Source of the DNA: Basidiobolus ranarum
Taxonomy: Eukaryota
NCBI GenBank assembly: GCA_040143965.1
Contig: JASJQH010000039.1
Location: forward strand, 1 to 39,984
Length of the DNA: 39,984 nt
Reading direction: 5' to 3'
The notes under the pieces are model-generated. The model was given only the letters and a program-made list of their open reading frames with translations. It was not told the origin of the DNA and searched no databases. Within the stretch, counting starts at the first letter, position 1, and every line of letters starts with the position of its first letter. This document shows positions 22,161 through 34,460 of the stretch, piece by piece. A program made the translations under genes and the position numbers.

Positions 22161-25100
22161 ATGTCTTCCGAATTTGGTTTGAGAAATAGGGAGATAAAAA
22201 TAAGATTTGGAAAAAGAAACAGAAAATCCATATCAAATTTCACAAACACTACCACAGTAGAGACTGACATTTGGAACCCAGCCCCTTCCATAAAGAATGC
22301 CGAGAAAGCAACGGAGAGTAGAGGTGGTGAAGGCTCTAGAATGTGTAGTGAATATGTCTCATTGATCAAGCGTGTCAGAGAGCGTAAGCAAGTAACAAAC
22401 AGTGTTGAAAGTATTACGCCTAAAAAGTCGACCAAATCTAAGGTAGAGTTTACTTGTGCCAGCTGAACAACTAATATACCTTACTAATTGTACATTCATT
22501 ACTGTAAAGAAATCGCTTACTCCAGTAAGAACAGCCACAGGTAATACTAAAAAAACTGTGCTAAGTAGACCACGAACGAGTTCTCCTTTTGACAGAGTTT
22601 CTTCCTCTACCATGGAGTTCCATACTTCGACGGTTGAGGTGCTGGAGGATTCCCAGAGCTCCTTGGAAGACATTTTTGCAAATTTCCTTGGCAGTCCTAC
22701 TACTGGACTCTCTCCAAAGACAACCCCCAAAAGCTATCCCACTCGTTTAAAGATTGCTCATTCTCTTAAAAGAGCTCATACTGACAGCGAATATTCTATA
22801 TTTAAATCAAAGAGGACCAACTTATTTGGAGATTTCGACGAAGAGGAGGACAATGTAGAAGAGGATACTTGGACCCCGGTACTTTTTACCGATAAAATTC
22901 CTGTTCGTAATAGTGTATCTACTTCTGAAACCTCTAAACTCAGTGTCGCCGATGTTATGAAACCTGATCTGGATGTAGATGACCCCAAAGAAACGGAGAT
23001 CAATAGTGTAATCGATAAATCTAGTTGCACCGATGCTGGCATTAACTGCGAAAAAGAGGCGAAGGCTAAAGGGAAAAAATCAACGAAAACATATAGACAG
23101 AAGAAAGATGACGCCCTAGATATTTACAATTCAGCAATACCTACATTTCCTCGAGCTAAAACGGATTTGGACGCTACACCCAGGAAGTCTATTCTTGCTA
23201 GAAAGCAGCTTTTACCTCACGCTGATTCCAATGCAATGTTGAGGGCAAGAACTTTCACTGAAGGGGAAGGTGGGTGGGATGAAGATACTGTCGAAAGAGA
23301 TTTAGTTGATGATGATGACGTTGATGTGAGTCTGGTTGGCGTTTGTTTTCCAAGTCAAAAAGATATTTATCCATTCAATTTTCTATCCAGGAAAATTCTA
23401 TGGATCTTAAAAGCCAACACGAGTTGAGAGAGCTCGGCGAGAGTAAGCGGTTTAACGATGAAATGGAATATGTTTTGGATGGTTTGGATCCCACACAATC
23501 ATTGAGTGTTCGTAGGACTAGGTTTGTAGAGATATAAATTAATAATCATATGTGTTTCTAAGCTGTATATTCACATCAAAGTTGGATAGTGGTCTTGAAC
23601 TTGCACGCAAGTTACTCTCAAGTAGCTTCAGTATGAAGCTTCGCGCACACAACTGCATTCCCAAGATTTACGAACTTTTGCGTGAACAAAATGACCCAGT
23701 ATGCTTCTATCCAATCGTTCTGTTATTAAGCCCTAGAGTATTAATCAGAGTGTTAGATTGTTCTGGCGTGTAGAGCATTCATGCTTTGTCTTCTTATGCA
23801 AGACAAACGAAATCTAGAATTTTTACCTCTTGAAGATCATTGCATGGAGCTTTTGATGGAGTTATTGACCATTAAGCCTGATCCTCTTGCCCAGTTGGAC
23901 TGGGGCTCCACCAAATCTGAGAAAAGACTGGTAATGCTGATTTACTGTTTGGGCCGATAATCAGATGTTAATGACCTTTTCTCTCCATAGATCAACGAAC
24001 TTCGAGATATAGTCGTCATTTCTAGGGTTACCCTCACCAAAAATACTGTAAATTCAGCCATTTTTTGAATCCATTGTAAGAACATCATATTAACATCATT
24101 CCACAAGATTTCAGTCAAAGCACTTGCGGCACGTGCCCTCTTATCGATTGTTTCACGTAAAGCTCGCAACGAAGAAGTAATCAGAGAGAGAATGCGAGAA
24201 TCTGGAATATTAGAGGTTGTTTGCTGCATTCTTGAGGAAAAGTTAAAACCTATGGAACACGAACTTTCAATCTCAAGTCATGTGAAATTGAATTGCTCGG
24301 AATTTCTAGAGACAACACCATACCTACGAATTCTTGAAAGTGCTACTCAATTTTGTCTTGCCAACCAAGACATCGTTGCTCAAAATGAAAATATACACAG
24401 ACGACTTCTCATCCTAGCACTTTTCTTCCAAGTTGAAGCCACTTCCGAAGACTTTGAAAAAGCTATACTAGCAATGGATTCAATTAGCGGGATCTTTCGC
24501 TTGCTTATAAACTTATCCAATGAACATGAAGAATGTTCACGTTTAATATCCGAAGCTCCTGGACTTTCCATTGTTATGCAACTGCTTGCTTTTAGTCAGA
24601 GCACTCCAGTTAACTCCATCGATACTAGTTTACGTGAAGCTTTATCTGCCTCCAAATACGACATTTCTTTACTGTCCATTGGTTTATTGATTAACATTGT
24701 GGACGCAAATATTGAGTGTAAAAACACTCTACGAGAAACCGGTAAGTTGAGATGATTTCTCCATCTCAAAAGGAAATTACCTGAACTAAACTTTATTTAG
24801 AATTTTGCATCAACGATACCTGCCACACGAAGTTTTCAGTTCTTTGCCGATGTAGTAAAAAATTGGCCCTCGAATATCTAACTGAATTTTATGTTCGAAT
24901 TCAGAATGGTACAAATTCGGTAAGAGTTATTAAATGCTACAGATGCTTAAAAAGTAGCCCTCTAACATCTCTTCTATATATCATAGACAGAACACAATGT
25001 TTTGGTGGCGTATGTAGCTCTGCTACTTGGGTGTCTTATGAAGCAAAATGAACAGAATCAGAGATTTATTGTCAGCCTTCTTCCAGAACGCTCAGTTCAC

Positions 25101-25298
25101 AGCTTAATAAGCATCCTAGAAGAATTTCTGCAATTCAATGAAGTGATCGGAGGAGGCTCAGTGAGCCAAGCTTACGAATTTGCTAGTATCGCAGAATTGG
25201 AAAAGGCAGCTACTGGAGAGCCACCAGATGATAAACCAAAGTCTATAGCAGACTCATTCAACGAAATTGTTAGCTTCTTGAAAACTCTGCTGAAGTAG
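22161..25298 (+). CDS. WPL1: Cohesin release factor WAPL (Wpl1/Rad61), multi-exon
   Basis: Disordered N-terminus, then HELRELGESKRFNDEMEYVLDGL...VRRTS, LRILESAT, RLLINLSNE, LLSIGLLINIV and AYVALLLGCL. Confidence 0.88.
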
Positions 25299-25959
25299 AT
25301 CCCAAATACACTTGATCTTTTACTCTCCAAATTTCTGGCACATTACCCCTGCCATTGATGTGCTAGGAATGGAAGCTGTTACACCTGTTCGCCTGTAGAC
25401 AATTTTCGTACTTTGTATTCATCATATTCAGTTCTACCCATGTCCCGATTCTTTTACTATTTTCACATTACAACTATTCGCACATCAAAAGTGCTGTTTG
25501 ATCCTGTAACGGCCCATTACTCTCAATTAATAGAACTAGATATATTAATATCGGATTATGTATATATTTCTTTTTATTCAGAATTACAACATTTTGAGAA
25601 TTAAGTTGTTAAAGTATGAGCATATATATGTCTAAAGATAAAGGAGAAAAGATGGTTTTTCGTTTTTTCTGCAAAAAGAAAATCAACAAACCAGGGAAAA
25701 TCGAGACTCTAAACAATCTAATAAAAATAATCGAAGAAAACAATAATCACACACCAAGAGAATATAGAAATAGAGTATATGTTGAGGTAAGAATGTGACC
25801 ATGAAGTAGATTTCAAAAAATAACAAGTACAGATACTTTGGGTGAAGTAAAAATGAAAAATGGGCTGCTTAAAGATGAGATCTAAGAGTATTATACTAAC
25901 GTCTCTTTAGAGCTCTAGTACTAAGCAATTCTCATCGTGATTTCATCTAAAGATCTGGC

Positions 25960-28900
25960 TTAGTTCTTGGCGCTTTTTAAGAATTCAGCATTACGACCTA
26001 GGCGTGTCAATATTTGTTGACTTAAGGTGCGAATAGCTGGTGATTCGAAACGCTTATCAGTCACCACAGATTTGATGGCTTTTTCAAAGGCAACAGGATC
26101 CCAAGTCTTTTTGAATTGATCGTTCTTCAACTTTTTGGAAGAAGTTTGCTGTACTAGGTTTGTGAATTTAAGGATGTCCTTCAGACGAGATGTGTTCAAG
26201 GTCTTACTGCCTTGGTTATCCTCACTAACAGCAAATTCGAGTGTAGAGAGAATGGCGGACTTCACCTTTGGTAGAGATTTGATAAAGAGGTCTTCACCAT
26301 CTTTGATGTGGCTACGAATTAAGGTGGAGAGCATATTATAGGCTTGAGTTTCTCTGTATCCCTTGGCACTTACGGAGGGCTTGGTGAGTTCAAGGAGACT
26401 TTCAAAGAGTTCCCATCCAAGAGCGGGGTAACGATTAAGAAGATCCTGGAAGAAAGCAGGTTGAAGATTGCTTGATTTCTTGGTCATGTATTCACTAAGT
26501 GAAGCTTTATAAACCTCGGCAACCTTTTCGTTAGATTCCTGGTCTTCGTCAGCAACTAAGACACGAACTAGGAAGAGACTACTATGACTAAACAGTTGCA
26601 TCATAATAGAGTTAGGAGCTTTGCGGGCAAATTGATGAACTTCTTCCAAAATACTATGGGCATTCGCAGAATCCGTAATCTTTGGGTGTTCCTTCACTTT
26701 GACTAGCCTGTTCTTCAATAAGGCAACGGCCTTCTCACCAGCTTGCTTGTTGGCAGTGTTCGCAGCAGAGTTACGAACAAATCTTAACAAGGGAATGATA
26801 AGATCGAGAAGAAGTTCATTTTGAGGTTGCTTTTTGATGAAGATTTCAAGAAGATCCAAGATTTTGTTCTTGAAATGCAAAATACTTTGTTTAGCATCTC
26901 TCTTTTCAGCTTTCATCATCTTCTTGTGCTTGAATATCTCAGCCAATTTAGCGTCGAAGTCACCCATTTCATCGTCACCCAAAAGCTCTTCTTCCTCATC
27001 CGATTCTCCCTCCTTTTGACCAAAAGCAGCGGCTAATTTGGCTCTAAGCTCCTCATCAACCTCTTCGCCATCCTCTACAGCATCTTCTAGATCACTGTCC
27101 TCTTCACTTTCATCGTCATCATCATCTTCCTCTTCATCCTCTTCTTCATCGTCGTCCTCGTCGCCATCCTCCATCTCCTCGTCGTCATCCTCAAAGAGTT
27201 CTTGCTGGCCGGAGACATCTTCTTTGGTTTCAAGAATGCTAAGTAAAAGATCCAAGGCAGTCTTGGTCATTCTATCACAGAAAGTCTCGAATACTTGCTC
27301 AGTTAGATTTCTCAGCATAACAGAAGGCTTAGCGAGGAAACTGAGAAGGATATCGACGAGAACTTCAATTGGCTCAGGCTCGGCTTCGTCCTCTTCAACT
27401 TGTTTCTTCTTGGTAGACTTCAACTTCTTAGGAGCAAATACTTTTTGATAACAATCTTGTAATTCTTCCAAGACACCAGTAGCTTCTTTAGGCTCTACTA
27501 GAAGTTGTAAAATCGGGAATAGTAAAAGCAATTCGAACGCCTTATACTGGGAATCAGCTTGCTTGTCTCCTTTAGCCTCGAGTTTACGGAGTTGATCCTT
27601 GATCTTTTTGACGGTATCCAAAGCCTCCTTACGCACAGCAAGACTCTCAGGTGAGAGTTCATACACAGGTAAGAGATTTGAATCTTTCTCGAACTTAAGC
27701 AATAACTCTACAACCACAAAGGCCCAAAATTCACCACCGTCCATGGTACCATGGAGCTTTTTGCTAACTCTAGAGGTGTTGTTCTCTTTGGATAGCTCAG
27801 AAACCTTGGAAAGAGGGGGCATACGACTCAACTCGGCAAGCATACTGAAAAAGCGTTTTCGACAGAGTTCTCTGGTAGATTCGGAAATATCTGGGGTGGG
27901 CTTAACACGCGCTTCTTGAATAGAACTCTTAGAGTTGACTTTCTTGACTTCAAAGAATGAATGGACCAAGAAGAATTGAAGGATGGACAAAAGCCATGAT
28001 TCTTCACGTGGAATACGAGTATTACGAACAAGAGCAAACAATTGATCAATAGCCCAAAAGCGTTGTGCCTCTATTCCTTTCACACGATCATCCTCAGTAG
28101 CTGAGGAATCAGAGTTATTGTTGAATACATCCTTGAGATATGTAATATAAGAAGTAACTCCTTCATTATCCATAGACCCAAGAATGGTCTCAACGGCTTT
28201 GGTTTTGGTAAATTTATCAAATTGTTGATTGCCATTTTTACCTTGGAGTTGCATTACCAAAGTAAGAGCGACATCTTTGTTATTTTCAGCAACACCCAAA
28301 ATGACTGACATTGTATGTTTGGCACTCTTGTTAAGGAATCTGTCTTCAGAAGTGAGGTTGTTGATGAAACATCTCATGAAATTGGTGGTGAAAATGAGTG
28401 GCATTTGGGATGAGGGCAAACGAGGAAGAGCTTCTTCGAAAACCAGGAATCCCCAATATTTACGTTCATGGGAAGAGTTGGCATTGAAAAGTCCTTCATC
28501 AACCACAGTCTTCCAGAATTCAGGGAATGGCGCGCGCTTAGCAACTACAACTTCAGTGGCCTTGGATTTTTTGCTTTTCTTGGCACTAGGGGTAACTGGT
28601 ACTTCTGGTGTAGAATCAAGATATAAAGCCAGGACCCTCTTCCATACGGAATGGAGATGAGGGTGCCAGTTGGAGAAAAGTTGGGGATCTTCACCAGACG
28701 ATTCTTTCAAAATAAGCGCAAGCTTATGTAGGTTGGCAGAATGAAGAATTTCTCCGTGCTTCCAATTAGGAAGCAAAGCGGGCCAGTCGAGAGTGAATTG
28801 AGATTGCATAGCAAGAACAAGATCGATCTCTTCGGGAGTTTTCACCCCATTCTTGAGAGCTTCTGAAAGTATGTAACTCAAAAGTTCTTCCTTGAACGAC

Positions 28901-29539
28901 AACTGCTTCAAATGAGGAAGCATAGCAATAATGAGCTGATAGCAAGGCTCTCTCAAGTAGCTCTTAATGTTAGAATACTCAACCAGACTTTCAACCAATT
29001 TCTGTAGATCGACAAGTTCGGTTGTTTCACGAGCTAGCATTCCAGATTGAATTATGGCCATGAAGCCGAAGATTCTACCAAAGAGCATATCACGCTCTTC
29101 TTGACCTTTCATACTACTAGTTATCTCGGAATGTTTGAAAATCAGCTCAATGATAACTTTAACTGGAATGAAATCAAGGAAAGATAATAGCTGAATGTGA
29201 AAAGACATTTTTTAGTTTAACTATATTTGAAAGTCACTAATGAATTAGCATTCATACCTCGGTTAAAGCCAACGCAAAACCCTGTCTAGCTCCTTGTCTG
29301 GAACTGGGAAGACCACGAATCAGACGCTTGACAGAGTAGGATACATCCTGAGCGCAAAGAACGTCTAGACGCTCTTCAGTAACAGGTTCTTTCAAAAGAG
29401 CCTCGTATTCATCTCCCTTCTCGTCTCTAAAGGCCTGTTGGAAAGAAACTAAAGAAACTATAAGTTTTTTTACGGCTGCTTGGCGCGTATTAGCATCAAC
29501 AGCAGCAAGATCCCAAAAAAGTGAAAGGGTAGTAGACAT
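25960..29539 (-). CDS. POL5: DNA polymerase V / MYBBP1A family nucleolar protein, 2 exons (29539-29258, 29190-25960)
   Basis: FWDLA, YSVKRLIRGLPSSRQGARQGFALALTE, GQEERDMLFGRIFG, SSHERKYWGF and an acidic tract. Confidence 0.95.
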
Positions 29540-29860
29540 TATGACTGGGGTGGCGGGTCAGCACTCGACTCTCACACTTTAGGTCTTAATAGTATCTTGA
29601 TACTGGTCCAAGTCCAAAATTGGCTTTCTGAAGTGACGAGAAAAATGTAGGAACCAAAAAAAAAAAAAATAACATCCAAACATCATTTCTAAACAATTTT
29701 TTTTATTACAGGTTTTAGGAACTTTCGAACACATCCATGATTAATCAACGTTGTATGCTGATATGATATCCTCTGATCAATTAGAATAGCGGTAATTTAC
29801 CCAAGTACTTCCATGTATGACTCTGGTTTTGAAGTGGTCATGGTGTACAAGTGGTTTTGA

Positions 29861-29951
29861 TGTATGCTTTGAGGAGTATAACGCTTATAATGTATGCTTT
29901 GACGAGTATAACGCTTATAATATATGTTTCGATGCTTATAATGTATGCTTC
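29861..29951. repeat. 30-bp tandem repeat (2 near-perfect + 1 degenerate copy) just downstream of the RPS25 stop
   Basis: tgtatgctttga(g/c)gagtataacgcttataa at 29861 and 29891, partial third copy. Confidence 0.9.
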
Positions 29952-29993
29952 AAATGGAAGATTTATTGAAAGTGTGAATGAATGAAACAAAAA

Positions 29994-30557
29994 TCAAGCA
30001 GTTTCTTCAGCAGCGGTAGCACGAGTGTAGATGAGTTGGGAACCATGGGTGGATACCTTACGGATCATGCCCTGATTTTCCAATTCTCTGATAGCAGCAC
30101 GAGCTAGGGAACCGTTGATACGAAGACGGTCAACCAAAACGGAGGTGGTAACAAGTTTATATGTAGGAGTTTCCTTCATCAATTTGTCCAATGTGGCCTG
30201 ATCGAAGACGACCAAGTTGTTGGCCTTGTCCTTGACCTTTCCCTTGGACCACTTCTTTTTGGTCTTTTTTCCTCCGGAGGTGGGCTTAGCAGGAGCGTCC
30301 TTCTTAGCCTAAAAAACATCGATTTAGTTGTCATGTAACTGAACTAATTTTCATCAAAGACAACGCAATAGCAACCAGCAACCAAATATCCATGTATAAA
30401 CCAATCAGAATCGACGTAACTTGTAGCACTCTACTGTCGCAATCCCACGTTAGCATTACATCCATCCATCGTCTATCATAAAGGTTGCTGGCTCGATTTC
30501 GATGTTGACTGTTTACTATATCTAAGTAGGCGTAAATAACGCTTGTGAACGTACCAT
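29994..30557 (-). CDS. RPS25: 40S ribosomal protein S25 (eS25); coding part of exon 1 is only the ATG (30557-30555), exon 2 is 30308-29994
   Basis: [50 protein letters not shown] donor and TTTTTAG|GCT acceptor. Confidence 0.97.
30399..30486 (-). ncRNA. Candidate intronic snoRNA (box C/D-like) in RPS25 intron
   Basis: 246-nt intron. aacc-ttt-ATGATAGA ... CTGA-tt-ggtt with short terminal complementarity, plus an outer ccagcaacc/ggttgctgg inverted repeat. The C box is imperfect. Confidence 0.35.
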
Positions 30558-30656
30558 GTTGACCCTTGTTGAATGAGAGAGGAAGAAACTTGGAAATTTA
30601 AAACTCCTTTAAAAGCTTCCAAATCTGGATCATTACCAGAGGCTGACTCAGATCCA

Positions 30657-30753
30657 TATTTAGCGAACCTTGCCCATTTGGCGAACTTTACGTGATAAAC
30701 TAACCAGGATTACTATTTAGCTGCCTATTTAGCGAACATTGCATTTCGCTAAG
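30657..30753. promoter_or_regulatory. Clustered ATTTRGCGAAC motifs in the RPS25 / PY-protein divergent promoter
   Basis: atttagcgaac (30658), atttggcgaac (30676), atttagcgaac (30727) and inverted ttcgctaa (30745). TGACTCA at 30644. Confidence 0.5.
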
Positions 30754-30892
30754 CACCAGTTCAAACTCTGCTCGGTAATTTATGGCCGAAGAAACATCGT
30801 TTTACATTCAATATTCTCCAGCTATGCTGTTAAAGATAGATAAAAGTCACTTTCTCTCTAAAATCCTTGGATTCTACTCTCCTTGACCGAAG

Positions 30893-31243
30893 ATGTCGCA
30901 TACAATAGAAGCTCTAATACTCTCCATCATTGGTCTGCAGCCCTGTCTGGCTTATCCGCACACTCCACTCTCGCCTAACCCTAAGCTGCCGATATCCAAC
31001 CCTGACTTGTCACAGGGATTGTTAGCCACACTAATAGCATTTAGTATATGCTTACTCGGACTAACAATTATCAATCTTTGTGCTACTAGGATCTTTCCTT
31101 GGCAGGAGATGGAGAACGAAGTAAACGAGTCGACCTCGCTAATTACATACCAACCTATCTGGAAAGTTGACCCGGTGCCACCTTACAGTAGTGAGCGGCT
31201 CCCAAGTTACGAAGCCGCATCCATTCCATGTAGCAAGGAATGA
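30893..31243 (+). CDS. Small single-pass membrane protein with signal peptide and cytoplasmic PPY/LPSY motifs
   Basis: Hydrophobic N-terminus (PCLA|YP), TM GLLATLIAFSICLLGLTIINL, tail PVPPYSSERLPSYEAA. Confidence 0.7.
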   Translation: MSHTIEALILSIIGLQPCLAYPHTPLSPNPKLPISNPDLSQGLLATLIAFSICLLGLTIINLCATRIFPWQEMENEVNESTSLITYQPIWKVDPVPPYSSERLPSYEAASIPCSKE

Positions 31244-32744
31244 CAAACAAACTCGCATACATTTCCCCACGTTGCTATTATCAACATATAGACTCTTTCG
31301 TGGTGCATGCATCCTGTACTTAGCTCTTACAGAAGACACATCGATCCGCTTGTGTACCAATGAATTCAGGATATATTCAGTATATATTCGGTACAAACAA
31401 GTAGAATTAGAATTAGCCACATCACTAAGCATAATTAGAATTAGACACATCACTAAGCAGCCCTGGATTGATATTACTCAGTGAAACTTTACGCCTATAT
31501 TATGGTTATTAGCCTTACCACTAATCATCTCACTATAAAAGTAATAATAGTTCCATGCTAAACCCAGGTAACATGATGATTAAACAATGCATAAAAATAT
31601 TGTTAGCCTGAGTAGTGAATTGCTTCAACCACCATTTAAACTATTCAGGGGGAGCAAGAGCCAAATTGAGAATGGTAGTAGTCTACCAACCTTGGCTCTC
31701 TATCACTCTTCTCCTGACATCTAAAGAACATGTTAGCGGTTTTTCGATGCAATAGCTGTAGAAATACCATATCATATGTCCGTCTACCTTTCCAGCAACT
31801 TGGCTGATAAGTCTTTCAATACCCTCCTGAGCATATGTAAGGCCTGCATCCCAGCGACGCTTAAAGAAGTTAAAATGAAACCTGGTAGGCAGGAAGCATT
31901 GGCTAAAGTTCATTACATCCTACTTAAAATCCATGTGACCAGGGGCCAAAATTAATGAGATCATCAAGGCGCGATGTTTTAGAGCTCCATATCACAATGC
32001 TATAACATTACAGCCATAGTATAGCAATCACAAAGATCTTCAGTATGCGAAACAAAATAAACAATGTGCGTAGAAAATCCTGATCCCCCACTGTATCCGA
32101 TCAGTAAGAGAGTGCGCGAGTATTGTGTTTTGTTTTCCCAAAAGTGGTGCAGGTGGTACAGTAATTAATGACATTACATGACAATGCATCCTTCGCTTGG
32201 TTAGCTTCTTCAAGGTTGTGCAACTGGGTTTTGCAACCCAAACGGTGTACCGAAATAAATTTTCCTTCTCCAAGCACCCCTCTTTCCGATGAATAAATAA
32301 TGTATTCTTAATGCATGTTTCTATTATTTAGACTAGTACTCTAAACAATACCACCTAAACGTGTTCTTTGATCATTCTACCACACCCCCTCATTTCTCTC
32401 CCTCATTTCTCTCCCTCTACCACTTTTTTAATCCATTCGTTTTCTCTATTTTTGGTAATATTTCTGGATTGGAGTTCTCTTCTCACTTGCTAACCGAGAT
32501 ATTTCAAAGAATCCGAAAGAGTTTGCCTATATCAGTATCTTGTGCTATTGATATCTCTCACTATCTTTATCTCGCTTTCAAACACGTACTGCTTATTTCC
32601 GTACAATCAAGTTAAAGGGTGAAACGATTTGATAGCCCTAAAGTATCCGTACCATATCACACCTCTCTTCCTTACGCTATCAAATACTTGGTATCTTGAT
32701 CTAAGAGAGACCTTTCCTTTTCACAGTATCGCCTCTTCACTAGT

Positions 32745-33737
32745 ATGCGGTCTTTATTAGCCCTTTTTGTATCCACTCTATTTGCCAGCTTGGTAGTTAG
32801 TCAAAGGTCCACTGAGAATATTCCAAATAATCTTCCTCAAGTAGAATACAAGCTTTGCGCCACTACCTTCAATTATAAGCAACAAGAGTATATTGGTTGT
32901 ATTGAAGTCGACTCACCCGGAAAGCCGTGGTGTCAATTAGCCAAACCTCATGGCAAGGCTAAACAAACTCGAGGCTTTTGTAAGGTTGAGAGTATTCCTA
33001 AAGCGTTAAGTGTAGAGGTAAAAGGGGTAGCGGTGGAGTGTAACCCTTCTTCGAACACTCCCTTGGGAAAAGTTTACGGCTGTTATACGGAAAAAAATAA
33101 GAGTAAGAAATATCTGTGTGATGTCGGGAGTAAAACTGTAGAATGTGAGGGATTCAAAAACGACATTCCTGGTGGTAAGAATTGTCTTTCTTTTTATGAT
33201 TTTTTGAAATTCGAGTCTTAACTGTTTTTGTTTATCATAGGACGCCAAGTTCAAAATGAGATAGCAGAGACAAAATCAATAAAGAAATTGGAACAAGGAA
33301 AAGGAAACGAAGCTGCAGTACAAGCTTACGCTACTCAAACTAATCCAAATGGGGAAAGCGTCCCTAAAGGGCTCATTGTAGGATTGGCCTCAGCAGGCTG
33401 TGTAGGTCTTCTTGCTGCGGGCTTATTCATGGTCCGCAAACGTTCGGTTTCTCGCCAACTCAAAACCCGGTTGTACGAGAATAATACGTTGGAAAGTAGC
33501 GAGGTAGGACTCTCATTCAGTGGTCATGGACCTGTGGAGAGAAAAATACACTCGAAGGGACCTTTCCTTGTTGTTAGTACATATACTCCCACCTTGGGAG
33601 ATGAAATGGAGATTCTTCCTGGAGATATGGTGACTTTACTTCTTGAATATGATGATGGTTGGGCTCAAGGAGTCAATGAAAGTCGTGGAAAAGTCAAGGG
33701 AGTTTTCCCTAAGCACTGTCTTGAACCATGGGCTTAA
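32745..33737 (+). CDS. Type I membrane protein: signal peptide, two Cys-rich FN2-like repeats, TM helix, C-terminal SH3; intron 33175-33240
   Basis: In-frame splice G|GTAAGA...ATCATAG|GA. TM LIVGLASAGCVGLLAAGLFMV followed by RKR. SH3 VVSTYTPTLGDEMEILPGDMV...YDDGWAQG...KGVFPKHCL. Confidence 0.88.
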
Positions 33738-34460
33738 TCGCATTGATTGGATTTTACTTAGTAATACTTACATGATTTTGACTGGTCATGCCTCATATAC
33801 TTTCACGTTTATTTAAGCCAATATTCGCCTCATCAGATTTAATTTCATTTCTTTGAATATCCTCGTTTCTTATAAAAGAAGCATTATTATCGTATATCAA
33901 CAATCATCCCTTCGTTTTGATTGATTGATGACATTGCTCTCAAGTCGAATTTTGTCCGTTTCGAATAGCGATAGTAGCCCTTAATCCTTACTTAATATTG
34001 GGAATCTGAATGTCCTTGATCACCAGTTTGACTCTCATTCGCCCATCCATTGCTCACATATCTTCATAATTCGAAGACTATTCTTACACATAAAGCAAGC
34101 CTCATTACCAGTTTCATTATCTATAAGCTAGATTAATTGAGCTATAAATAAAAAATTTGTATGCCAAATTCAATGTAAACAAACGCACCAGTCATCGACT
34201 ACCAATAAAATCATATCAATCTCATTCAAAAATCGGTAAACAAATGGGATAAACATCATAGTAGTGAAAATATAGTCACCTTCGCTTCAACATATTCCTT
34301 CCATTCTTTGCAAGGTTACTTTCTCCTTTAGTCTTCCTGAGATATATCTGGTGGCTTATTGATTGACCGGATTTCTCTATTTACTGATAACACACATTTT
34401 TACTTTTCGTGGGATATCGTCATTCAGAATACTTGTAACTTTTCCTTATAATTCCCAAAT

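Noticed and set aside
26135-28660. Several + strand ORFs including a poly-Ser ORF (27038-27448)
   Set aside because: Antisense shadows of POL5. The poly-Ser is the reverse complement of the Asp/Glu tract.
25960-29539. POL5 as a replicative or viral DNA polymerase marking a mobile element
   Set aside because: Pol5/MYBBP1A is a conserved ribosome-biogenesis protein.
32060-32150. LLLIGYSGGSG hydrolase-like motif on the minus strand
   Set aside because: Short frame bounded by stops, with no other supporting motifs.
11655-32300. In-frame stops in intergenic relics as recoding (selenocysteine or alternative code)
   Set aside because: Conserved genes here end at TAA, TAG and TGA normally. Stops in the relics are of mixed type, consistent with decay.
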